Notes under the pieces: model-generated | Database searches by the model: none | Seen by the model: the letters and a program-made list of their open reading frames with translations, nothing else | What the model was told of the DNA's origin: nothing | Assembly (NCBI GenBank): GCA_046563655.1 | Contig: CM102288.1 | Location: 4,278,001-4,342,000, forward strand | Direction: 5' to 3' | Source: Yuukianura sp. NJ FZ-2021 | Taxonomy: Eukaryota | Length of the DNA: 64,000 bases | Program-made: the position numbers and the translations under genes | In this document: in pieces, positions 26,637-38,547 of the stretch | How positions within the stretch are numbered: the first letter of the stretch is position 1 | How the letters are laid out: each line of letters opens with the position of its first letter

Positions 26637-29600
26637 ATGGATCACCAGTGTTACTTATGGACGACACTTTTGCTTCTCTGTATTTTGTATGTTCAGGTCA
26701 GCAAATCAGCACTTGGAAGCGCTTGTTCCGGAGCTGTGGGCAAGTTCTACTAATATTATGATAAATATAATCATATTATTATATAATAAGTTATAATTGC
26801 TTTCTCAGTTTTATTTTCTGTTATCTTTGACATTTACAAAGAAATAGATAGAATGCCATTTTCGTTTGATTGTCATTTGCAGCTTGTGACGCCGGAATGG
26901 AGTGTGGTAGCAACGGTAAATGCGTCTGCAGCGGTAATACCGTGGAGTATCCTGGATTGACCTGCGGTTTGCCGCAAAGAATTGGTGAAAAATGCGTCCA
27001 AATCCCCTGTGACACTAAAGTGCACCTCGTTTGCAACAGGAAGCAATTGTGTGAATGTGGTAAAGGGTGGACACCTAAAGATTGTACGTCCCTGCCGAGG
27101 TTTGGTGAGAATTGTGATCAAAATACTGGCTGTGACACTTCGTTGAATCTACGGTGCGACCCCGTGTACAAGTCATGTAACTGCGATAAGGTTGGCTTGG
27201 TAGGGTACCAAGGGTATGGCTGTACCCTACCAGCTAAGTACGGCGAGAAGTGTAACCCACCATCCTGCGACCGGCCTTTGTACCTGTTTTGCGACCCGAA
27301 AAACAAACTGTGTATGTGCCTAAATACCAGCTACGTTCCTGGGTATCCCGGCCCCGGTTGTGGTCTTCCGAAGAAACTAGGAGAGGATTGTGCTAATGCA
27401 GTATGCGAGGCCAGCACTACGTGCGACAGTCAGACTAAGAAGTGTGTGTGTAAGCCTGGAGCTGTAGAATATCCCGGAAAAGTCTGCAAGCCAGCACCCA
27501 AGTATGGTGAAGCGTGTGGTCCGCCAGACTGTGAACCAGGCCCGACATGGAACCTTACCTGTACCGGCAATAACTGTATTTGCATAAGCGCCGATTTGGT
27601 TCCACATCCTGGAAAATTCTGTGGAGCTCCACAACAGTTTGGGCAAGAATGCGGTGCCATCGTGTGCGACGACACCAAGAACCTAAACTGTGTCAACAAG
27701 CGATGTGCCTGTGCACTTCCATATGTAGAACACCCTGGAAAGAAATGCGGCATGCCAGCCAAGTACGCTGAGCCATGCGACCTTCCAGTTTGTGAATCAA
27801 CGTCGAACTTCATCTGTAATGCTACTACCAAACTGTGTAGTTGTGCTCCCGGTTTTGTCTGGCGTCCCGGAGATATTTGTGGTGCACCAATGAAACTACG
27901 GGAAGATTGTAGTCAAATTGAATGTGGCCCAAACCTGGAATGTGCTCCTACCAGTGCTAACCTCACGCTCTGTCGTTGTGCTCCTGGGACTGTTGAGCTG
28001 AAAGGAGCCGTTTGTGGACCGCCACCGAAGTTGGGAGAGCCATGCTCACCACCGCCGAATTGTGAATCAGGAGGGATGTTAACCTGTAACACCAATACAG
28101 AGAAGTGTGAATGTTTGGATCCAGATGTAAATGCAGAGATTCCAGGAAAAAAGTGTGGTCCAAGGGGACTGCTGGGCGATAAGTGCCCCCTACCGGACTG
28201 CCTACCCTCTGCTAACCTAACCTGTCAGACATACCGGGCAAAGTGTGTATGCGCAAGAGGATTTACCAGACACAACGGGGGACGTTGTGGACCATACGCT
28301 GTATTCGACGAGGTCAGCTGATCATATATCAAATAATTTACACAGTCAATTATTAATTAGCGAGTAATTGTTCACGTTTTTAACGTTTTGCAGGAATGTG
28401 ACCTTCCAGCTTGCAAGCCTAGGGCTAATTTGCAGTGTACTACTGTACCTGGGAACCAAACACCTAAACTCTGCCAATGTGTTGGTACTACCATCAGAGA
28501 TGCCATAGCCAATGACGGTTCCTGCGCACCGCCACCGCCGTCGATATACGGTCAAAGTTGTGACTCTAAGCGTGCCTACTTTTGTAAGACCAACGTCAAC
28601 CTCGTTTGTGACCCCGTAACACTACAATGCGCTTGTGCTGATCGATGGATGTCTGCGAATACAAATGATGGAGGGTGCACAGTTAGACCGGATAGTTACC
28701 TCAACGGTTATTGTGAACTCCAGTCAGGTACTAACTAAAGAGGAAAGATGATGAATAAGATGTAAATTGTGTAAAAAAATGTTGTAATTTGATGATTTCG
28801 GACTTCGGATGTAGATTGCCAGCCTGGAAATAACTTGGCATGCGACACTTCCCAGAAAAAATGTGTCTGTCTACCCTTTCATGAGGAACAGCCAGAAGAT
28901 TTTCCACAAACACCGTACCGATGTCGCCATAGACCGAGTCGCTACGACGAAGGTTGCGACAAAGACTCTGGTAAGTCCCACTTTTCGCGTGTTCTTGAAA
29001 AAAAAAACAAAAAATTAAAAACTGAAATTTTTTCATACACACTTGACAGACTGTCTTCAGGGACACAACATGGTATGTAGCAAATCGGGCCGAAAGGCAT
29101 GTACCTGCAAAGAAGCGTATGACCTGGATAACGGTAAAACACCGTGTGCTCCTAGCAGATTTAATGGAAGAACGTATGGTCAGACATGCGAAGACTCTCC
29201 GCCGGTACGACGTAAGTTGACCTTTGACCTTGACTTGAAACGTCGCAAGGACTTGGCCTGAAAATAACATGTACAATTGATTTTTATAAGGTTGCGTCGT
29301 CGCTCACAACTTGGTATGCGTCAACAATAGGTGTGAATGTCTCGTGGACTACGTCATTGACTCCAGTACACTCAGAGATCCGACGTTGGGTGTGATCACA
29401 TGTAAATTGGGACAAGGAACACAGACTTATAAGGACAAATGCAAACCGGATTCCGTGTCTCCTAGTGACAGTCGGTTTTCGAAAAAAAAAATTGAGCATT
29501 GAAGTTTTTAAAAAACCATTTTTTTTAACCCAAAATGATTGGTTTGTCCAGGATGTGACAGCAGTTTGGGTTTGGATTGTCTAAAAGTAGAAGAAATCTG

Positions 29601-30304
29601 CACTTGTATGGAGGGGTACATACCGACCGGAGAGGGCAACGCTGGAGATGGTGGCAACGCGACCGTCGGTGGTAACACGACTGTGGGTGGTAACACAACT
29701 GTTGGTGGTAACAAGACTACTGGTGGCACAACTCCGTCTGGTAAACCCTGTGTATTGGGAAAACAGCAATACAATGCCAATTGTGACCCTGCTGAGTACG
29801 TTGTCGGTAAAAGACCGATCGATCCGAAAACCGGTTTGGAGTTTCCCGGTCCGACGAGTCCTCCGCCACCAAAATTCGGTACGCAACCAACTGGAATGAT
29901 GAAGCTGACCACTCTTGGCACTTAAGGTTAACGGCTATTTTGATTTTTTTGAATTTGCAGCTTGCGATCTGTCCAAGCACTTGACGTGTGTCAACGGAAG
30001 CTGTCAGTGTAAAGATGAAAAAGTTTCTGGACGATACAAATACGATCCGAAGTCAAACGCTTGTCTCATCACAGCCGGATATGCTTGTAAACTAGACTCT
30101 GAGTGTGTAAGCAACAAGTGCTTGTCCAAGAGCGAAATAACTGGATCCAGTAGTAAGTCACATGACCATGGAGGCAAAGTCTGTTCTGGACTGCAAGGAG
30201 AAACTACTAGCAGCACAACCTTCATACAACCTCATCTTGACTTCTTAACACTAATTTCCTTCAAAATTTTCCTAGTTTTCATTAGAGTCAAAATTTCAGC
30301 TTAA
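26637..30304 (+). CDS. Secreted or cell-surface Cys-rich repeat protein (EB-module/EGF-like repeats), possibly GPI-anchored
   Basis: Exon 1 encodes a signal peptide (MDHQCYLWTTLLLLCILYVQVSKSA) and is joined by a phase-1 GC-AG intron (26740-26882) to a 483-aa ORF of ~43-aa six-Cys repeats (GExC...C....L.C....C.C). Further Cys-rich exons follow, then a Ser/Thr spacer and a hydrophobic C-terminus. Confidence 0.75.
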
Positions 30305-30480
30305 TTTTTTTAATTTGTTTCCATGACGATAAAATCACTTCGGCTGGTTTATTTGCTTCAAAGTCCAAAAAATGTTGGAAAATTTCAAGTTCAAATTTTT
30401 TTTTGCTCACTTTCAATTCAACTTCCGAGCGGAAACGTTCTATTCTTTCTTGTTGTGTCACAAAAGTCAAAATATCAAAA

Positions 30481-32709
30481 ATGGGTGCCAACCTGGCCAC
30501 AATGGACATTGCAAATCGTTCTCCGCCAATCAACGGCCAAAACATTGATCTCAATGAAACAGTTCCGTGCGAAGTAAGTGAAAATCCAATTTTTAAAAAT
30601 TTGCTGGAACTTGAAATCTTATCCAACTTTTTGGCATTTTTTAGATCCTGGCTGAGATCCTTCGATTCGTCGGTTCTCCTGACGACTTGACTCAGTACAG
30701 AGATGTCTGTGCTCTCTGGAGAAACATCATTGATGAAGTAATTGGCGTGGATCTTCATGTTGGCCATCGAGATCGAACTATCTGGGCAGACTATACCGGA
30801 ACAGCATTCCAATCGCCCGAGGCCATGTCACTTGTGGGAGTCAAGAAGTGTTACATTAGCAACATCGATGAATTTAACCCAGACGGTTCACGTCCATGCC
30901 CAACCTGGAAGACTCCGCAGCTTGTCCAGTATCTCTGGATTGACGGCTACATTCGTGCTGCGACTTTCAATTCGATTACGGCACACTTAAGTCATCTCGA
31001 GACGCTGGAACTTCATTTCACTACACTTGCTTCAGCTGGATCGCTGGAAGATTTCAGCTTCAACGAAGGATTGGCTTCTATTCAAAAATTGACTGTTCGA
31101 ATGGCTGGCGTTGAAGAAGCGACAAAATTGGACTCGATCGGCACTGGAATTGGAAATGCAATTGTGCTTTTGACGGTAGCCAACATTCGGAGACTGGCAG
31201 AGCTGTCGCTAAGTTTCCCATTGGTTGAGCGTATGAACAGTGCTCTGACTACGGTCATTACTCATTGTCTCCAGCGACATTCGGCTTCACTTCGGAACTT
31301 CAGTCTCTACTTCACCCGTTATGCTGAGACTTCTAAACATTTGAATGGTAACTTTTCTAATTTGGACTTTTTTTTATGAATTTTATGAATTTTGAAGAAT
31401 TTTCTTCATTTTGCTTTCAGAATTGGCTCTTCCACGATCGCTTCCGCTCGAGCCTGCTGACCTTGGATCTACAAATTTTGGACTGACTTCGGTCAAAATC
31501 TCATGCATACAACTGGATCATCAGCTCATGAAGCCATTTGAAGATTTGATTGTGGATCAGCGTCACCTAGCTGAGTTGTGTTGCTTTACAAAATACTTGC
31601 CACCGGATCTGGCATTTCAACCAATCCGGAACTGCTGCAACACATTGAAGTCTATTCAACTGGCGTTGAAGGCTGGCATTGATTTCCACTCAGGAGATAC
31701 GCCGTACCGTCCAATCAACCTCTCACCGTTCGAGCGGTGTGTCAACTTGGAATTTTTGGAGTTGATTGGGCGAGAGCCAGAGACTTTTCCAGATGACGCT
31801 GAAGTCCCTGACCTGGTTAACACAGCGGCCCTTCCTGCCAGTCTTCGTGTCCTAACGCTGTCGAACTTCTATTTGACTTCTACAGACTGCAGCGAACTTG
31901 TATCAAAGCCGAACTTAAAGATTCTTCGTCTTTACTACGCCGGGACCATGGGTGACCTTGGACTTCCGTTCAGCGGCCTTGTCCAAATTTTATCTCAGAA
32001 GAAACTGGAAAAAATCTATTTGAATTCTTCAGTCAATGTGCCGAGCATCAAAGTCGCAGCAATGTCCGATGATGTAACGCACTCCGTCTCGGCAACCCTG
32101 GCTTCACGTCAATTCCATGTGCCCTATGGCTTTGGCGCTGAGCTGAAGGATGGATTCTACGAAGTGGGTTATTCAGGTGACTTTACTACCCAGCCGCCAA
32201 TGACGGTCGTCCGGGACGTCTTCCTGACGGACGAAGACGTCAGTCCGTACGTCAGTGATGAAGAAGAAGAAGACGATGAAGACGACGACGAGGGTGTTGA
32301 TGGGGTGTCGGACGAGAGTGACGGAAGTGTCTACGAACCGGACTCGGAAGATGAGGAAGAAGATGACGACGATGATGCTGAAGTTTCTGCTGGAGAAAAC
32401 GAATCTGAAGATGATGCTGAAGTTTCTGCTGGAGAAAACGAATCTGAAGATGATGCTGAAGTTTCTGCTGGAGAAAACGAATCTGAAGATGATGCTGAAG
32501 TTTCTGCTGGAGAAAACGAATCTGAAGATGATGCTGAAGTTTCTGCTGGAGAAAACGAATCTGAAGATGATGCTGAAGTTTCTGCTGGAGAAAACGAATC
32601 TGAAGATGATGCTGAAGATGCTGCCGGACAAAACAATTCTGAAGATGATGATTCCGAAGCAGACGATTCTGGACTAGACAACCTTGAGGATGACGAGGAA
32701 GCAATTTAA
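30481..32709 (+). CDS. F-box / LRR-like protein with an acidic tandem-repeat C-terminus
   Basis: F-box ...VPCE|ILAEILRFV...YRDVCALWRNII, Leu-rich repeats (LSHLETLELH, CVNLEFLELIG, LRVLTLSNF) and an Asp/Glu-rich tail. Confidence 0.7.
32371..32617 (+). repeat. Coding 39-bp tandem repeat, 6 copies plus a partial copy (DDAEVSAGENESE)
   Basis: GATGATGCTGAAGTTTCTGCTGGAGAAAACGAATCTGAA repeated head-to-tail with no visible substitutions. Confidence 0.95.
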
Positions 32710-33039
32710 ATCAGTCTCATTCAAATGTAAATCAATCATTTGAAACTTCAAGCCTTAGCTAAGCCAAAAACACAAAAAAGCAATTTTGAAACAATACGTA
32801 AGGAAAAAGTGTGAAAAACTGAACTGATTTTTAAAAAATACAAAAATGTGGTGAAAAGTTGTTTGGTTCTTGGATTTTTTTAAATGTCAATTTTTTATTT
32901 TAAAATTTCAAATAAGTTTTGGCTTTCAGTGACTTTATTGTTTTTAATTAAACTTTAGATTTTATACATTTTTGGTTTCGTTTTTGAAAACTTTGAATTT
33001 GTACACGTTGGAATAATTGACTCCTGAGAAGGTCAAAGG

Positions 33040-34864
33040 TCAAAGGTGATCTTCAGATTCGGGTCCTCCGTATTGACAATTAGTCACCGTCATTCTGGAC
33101 ACCATTGTTTGACTATTCAATTCTCCTCCGGGTACTTTGGATCTACCTAACCATTCAAGAATCAAGGTCAATGGCAGGTCAAAGGTCAAATGGTCAAAGG
33201 TCAACCTTACTTGAGTGGAAAGTGACCCTGGAGGTCATTCCCGCTAAAGTTGCTGGACAAAGTACGGCTCTAAAGGCCTGTCGATACTGTTTGTTCATGA
33301 AGACGTAGATGATGGGGTTGATGCAAGCGGATGCGTAGATGAGTACGTAGCCAACCAGATGCATTACTGCATGAATAAGAAAAAAATAGTCAAAGGTCAA
33401 ATTCTGTTGAGGTCAAAGGTCAAATTTAGTTGAGGTCAAAGGTCACTTACGTGGGTGGTTGACACAGCGATCAGTGACCTTCACAATGGTAATCGGAAGG
33501 TAGCAGACCAAAAAGGAAATGAAAATGACCAAAACCATTTTCGTAATTCGCCACTCATTTCTTCTAGTTTTGACCTCTCGCGGGTCACTTCGTGCCGAAT
33601 GTTGCCTCATCCGATTCTCGGATCTAATAAGTTATAATATATTATTAATAATTTATTATATTTAATATATTAATGGATTTTATCATGAAATTTAGGTTAA
33701 AAAGCTATCATTTTGTTTGGAAAAAAAGCTAGAATATTTCGTAGTCATAAGGAGTACAGACGCCACTTTTGAAATTCCCGCTCAAAATTTAGCGTCCCTT
33801 TTCTTATAGACATGAAACTCTTTAGTATTTTTAAAGCAGATTATTTATGAATATTTAAATATATTTATATAAAATTATATTTACATTATGAATTATACTA
33901 AAATGCTATTTATTAGAGGTCAATGACCTTACTTGTGAACTGTCCAGAAGATCCTTGCATAGCAGAAGATGATAATGACACAAGGGCAGATGAAGGCAAT
34001 GACAAACAGAGAGTGCTTGGAAGTTCGTCCATTTTCATCCGGTACAATCGTACATGTCTGCAACTTGTCATCATACCCAAACTGACCTGAAGGTCAAATT
34101 TGAATTTAATGATTCAGCCGCCAAAAAAATGTTTGACCTCGTGACCTCTTACCCCAAACTCCAGCTAGCGTGGGTACTTGCATAATGAAACTGAAGATCC
34201 AGCAGAAGGCAATCATGGCTCCAATCCAAATTGGCTTGTAAATCCTCGTGTAAACGGAGTTGCTTGTGATCATAACGTACCTTAGAGAGTCAAAGTTTGA
34301 AGTAGTCATTGATAAGAGATATGCTCGTGACCTCGTGACCTTTGACCTCTCCTTACCTATTAATCGTGACCATTGCGATGGACAGAAGAGAGACGCCTAG
34401 ATTTCCATACTGCATGAGAGGATAGACTGAACAGAGGAAAGGGCCATGGACCCAACCGCGGTTGATAAAACGAGAAGCACTGAACGGCAAGACGATCAAA
34501 CAAAACATAAAGTCTGCCACACAGAGACTGAAATCAAAATTTTGAAAAAAGAATCAAAATTTTGAAAATTTAGAATTTTTAGTTGTGTACCTAATTATAA
34601 AGGCAGCAGCGATATTGCGTACTCTTGGACTCCTCATTAGAGCAACAATCGTGAGAGCGTTTCCCAGTAGGCCGATAATCATAATCAGAACTGTCAGCGT
34701 CGCAGTTAGTACTACAGACGCTTGTGAAAAACTGAAAAAAAAATTTTTTAAACTTTTTCAAAAACAGATTTCGAAATTTGAAAAGAAATTCTTCGCTTTT
34801 TACAGTTTTACCTGGCAAGTTCACTGATTTCTCCACTCACATTGTGATTTCCACACTCTTCCAT
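33040..34864 (-). CDS. moody: Rhodopsin-class GPCR, moody/Tre1 family
   Basis: IGLLGNALTIVAL..RNIAAAFIISLCVADFMFC, GVSLLSIAMVTINRY (NRY in place of DRY), FLVCYLPITIVK and CINPIIYVFMNKQYRQAF. Short tail ending EDHL*. Confidence 0.8.
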
Positions 34865-37800
34865 TTTATTAGTATTCACAAAAAAACTTCCACTGACTAA
34901 AATTTTTTTGTTCCGTTTCGTAAAATGAAATTTGGAAAATCAGTTGCTAGAGTTGTAAAGTGGAAAAATTGGGAAATTGTCAAGTCGAAGTGTCGACATT
35001 TTAGTCAAGAAAGAACTGAAAAACTGAACAGTTCAATGCGTTAGCGTCCGTTCTTTCTTCGAACACCAATTGAGACTTCTATGAAACCAAAATCCAAATG
35101 CTTCGTGGTTGGTGTAACGTCAATTGAGATCAATTTACAAAACTTCAATTTCAGACACAACAGTTCCTATTTAGTCAAATACAAATGACTCATTGGAACA
35201 AACAATTACTCCAACATTTCTAAAAACCACTAACTTTGTTCACAAGTTTCAAAAAATGAAACCAAATGCTGAAAAACCACACTGTATTTTGTATTTGCAG
35301 AGTTCAAAACTTGGTTTTTTGAAGACTCCACTTTTCACTTTGCAGCGCAAGTGAATTGTTGAATCCAAATATGTAGTCGACGTGTACTGATTTTTTGTTC
35401 CAGCGATTTTCCAAGTAGAAAAGGTTTAATGAATGTGTAACTATAAACAGAAACTGCTTCAATTGCCAATTCAACTTCAATTAAACTTCTGTTTAACTAC
35501 AATCAACTAACTAACGCTTTCCTCTCCAACTTAACACCACCTCCTCTCAACAGCATCCTACGACTTAATTCACACGACCCTCAACACTGGAACACAAACT
35601 AACACTAGACTATAAAGGACTAACACTACTAAAAGACTAAAAGACTAAAAACACAAAATGTAACAAATTAATAGCAACGTCGGAAACTGGAATTAAAAGG
35701 AAACTACATCTACGACTAAGCACGAACTTGTCTTCACGTTTTATTGTTTTCTAAACAGATTTTAGAAAAAATGTTTTTTATAGGGTAAAGCAAGGTTTTA
35801 AAAAAGATGTTAAAGTTTTATGTTTGAAGAAGCTGACTGTTGTTTGGTGTTTTTGAAACGTGACCTTTCAAAAAGGAACTGTTTGTGAGTCTAATGTGAA
35901 CAACTCACTGAAAGCATCATTTCTAGAAACAGTTTTTCCATGCTCTCCAGGGACATCGCATCTTACCGCCTTCCAGACTTAGTTTCTTACCAAAATTACA
36001 CAGATGCAAAAGTAGTCAACTTTTTTTTGAACTTTTTAAAAAATCGATTTTTTTTAAATCTAAAAATTCACAAACTCTAAAAATGCCTTTAAAAATGGAT
36101 TAATGGATTCATTCGAACTGACATGAAGTAATTCTTGCACATGTCACACTCGATTTTTTCCTACGACTGTGACATGTGACAAAAGTGATACAAGCGTTGT
36201 ATTGAGAATCAAATTTTTCAATTTGAGTAGTAAATTTTTGATAACTTTTTTGTTGACCAAGTTGTTGTTGGCTGAATTTTTGTTTGGCTTCTTGTTCTAA
36301 TCTTTTCTCCAGAAAGTACTGCCTCTCCCCTCCTCGTTTTCTGTTTTTGTTCTAAACTTTGGAATTTAAAACTTATGACTCCCATTCCCCTTTGGACACT
36401 AATTTATTCTTATTGTTGCCTAAGTGCAAGATGCATCATGCACCACCATCTCCATATGCTCAGCCATCGATGCTATAAATAATACACTTGACCTTTGACC
36501 TCTCAAGAGTTCAGCCCAAAAACTACAAACATTTTACTTTTATGCCCAGTAATCTAAAAACCGGATTTTAGAAATATTTCTCTTTACTTTAGCCTTTTTT
36601 TTTTCACTAAAAAGCAAAAAATATGAGCCCGTTTTTGACTAGATCCAGAAATTTTTAAAACTTTTCAAGAATCTACTGAGAGTTTCAAAAATAAAAGCTT
36701 TGAAATACTTTAAAATAGCAAGGGCTTAAAAACTTTGAAGAACATTTTAGACAAATTACACATTTCCAACCAAGAGTATCATTTTCAAAAATATCCAGAT
36801 GAACTTCAGCCCCATTTTGTTCAATGTAGCTTTAAACAAATTTAAAAAACAGACTAGAAAATGTTTCACCGGAAATCGTGACGAAGAGTATTGAAATACT
36901 GATTTTATATTTTAGTGGTTTGGCATATGTTGAAAAACCGGAAATTTATAGCCTGTCATCGGAGAATTTGAGTTTACAAATTGCGTAGCCTTAGAAGGGC
37001 TCATTTCATTCTTTTTTTGAAAGTTTTTTGAACAACCGAAGGGCTCCCCCACCCCTTGGAATGGATGACTCACGTCCCTTGACAATTGGACAACATCGTT
37101 CCACTTAAGCATCTTCCTTGCAACAATTTGCACCAAGTGATTCTCATAATGAGGAAATGAAACATTTAAGTTCCATTTGACACCGTTTAACCCTATTCCA
37201 AAACAACGCGATTTCTGCACCTCTTCGCAACTCTTTTTCAACATCAAAAATGAAAAGTCATTCAATTTTGTAAATTTTATTTTAGCAAAACACAAAATTC
37301 GCAAAAAGTTTTACAAAAATGTTAGGATTTAGCTGTCTAAATTTTGTAATCTGCGCAAAATGGGTAAAATTAAGCACAGGAACATAAATCCACGACTCAA
37401 CTGAGATGGAAGACGCAGTTGACTCATGAAAACTGTGCAAAAAAATTCAAACAGAATTTAGAAAAAGCAAAGAGCTGAAAACGAGCATCTGAAAGTTAAC
37501 ATCCATCGCCTACGCCATCCCCGTTTTTTGCTTCTTTTTTTTTCGCAAATGCTTTTTATAACTTCTTCTTCGTCTCACTTTAAATAAACTTTTGAATTGT
37601 GGTGACTCCTTAGGTGTGGCTCATCTTTTTAGTTTAGTTTAGAACAAACCCACTTTTTAGAAAAGTTGCTGCTGCGGAGCTGAACTTTAAAAAAAGATTG
37701 CTACTGCCAAACGGTTCCTTGGAATCGCTGCAGCAGCATCACCAACACAAAACTCAACTGCGAACGATAATCGCTGATTATAACCAAAAACGGTAGATTT

Positions 37801-38547
37801 TATTTGAATTATTTAAGCAATATTTTCTAAACATGGTTTCAAAAAATCATTGAAAAAATTATTTGTGTTTCAGAACGAATCCGAACGTTGAAAAACGAAC
37901 TTGCCGGAAGTGGTCTGTGATAGAAACGGAACTGAATTGACCTGGAGAAACCTGGATTTTACTTTCAAAGAATTTCATTTAACTTTCACAAATGGGACCA
38001 ATATTTTTTGTACGACAACCTTGACCTGGATTTATACGCACACGGTTTGACCTCGAGTGACCTCGAGTGATTGCGTCCAAATGAATTTGGACAAGGCGGA
38101 GGAGGATGAAGGTCACGGGGGGAAGGGCTCCCCAGCTCCCGCCAGAAACTGGCAACATAAACATCCACAGCATAAAGGTTAAACATTTCAGTTAAAAACT
38201 TCATTTTAACTCAAACAATTTAACATTTTAACCTTAATTATGATTGTTGTTGATAACTTAGATAGTTTTTCCATGTTTTGTGTGTTTTTTTAGAGAGCAG
38301 TGGAAATATTGAAGTTGAACCACAAGGACTTTTAATTAAAACTAAACAAACGAGAGAAATCTATAAACCACCAAGTAATTAACTAATTAATTAAAAATCT
38401 TAATTAATCTACAATATTTTTTGATGTCTTCTACAATTTTCCAGAAAACTTTAGTATTTAGCAGTAGCTTTAAACTTTTTACTGGAAAGGCAAGAATAAC
38501 TCGTCATGTCGGAGAGAATCTTATTTCATTTTGGTAAAATTTTTCAG

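Noticed and set aside
32371..32617. Regular repeat array as a possible CRISPR
   Set aside because: The units are contiguous with no unique spacers, lie in frame in a eukaryotic CDS, and there are no cas genes.
32173..32704. Overlapping repeat ORFs in other frames and on the opposite strand
   Set aside because: They are by-products of a stop-free 39-bp repeat; only the acidic frame continues the F-box gene.
34900..38500. Short ORFs in the moody-MIF4G intergenic region
   Set aside because: AT-rich, low-complexity translations with no homology signal; probably UTR, intron or regulatory DNA.
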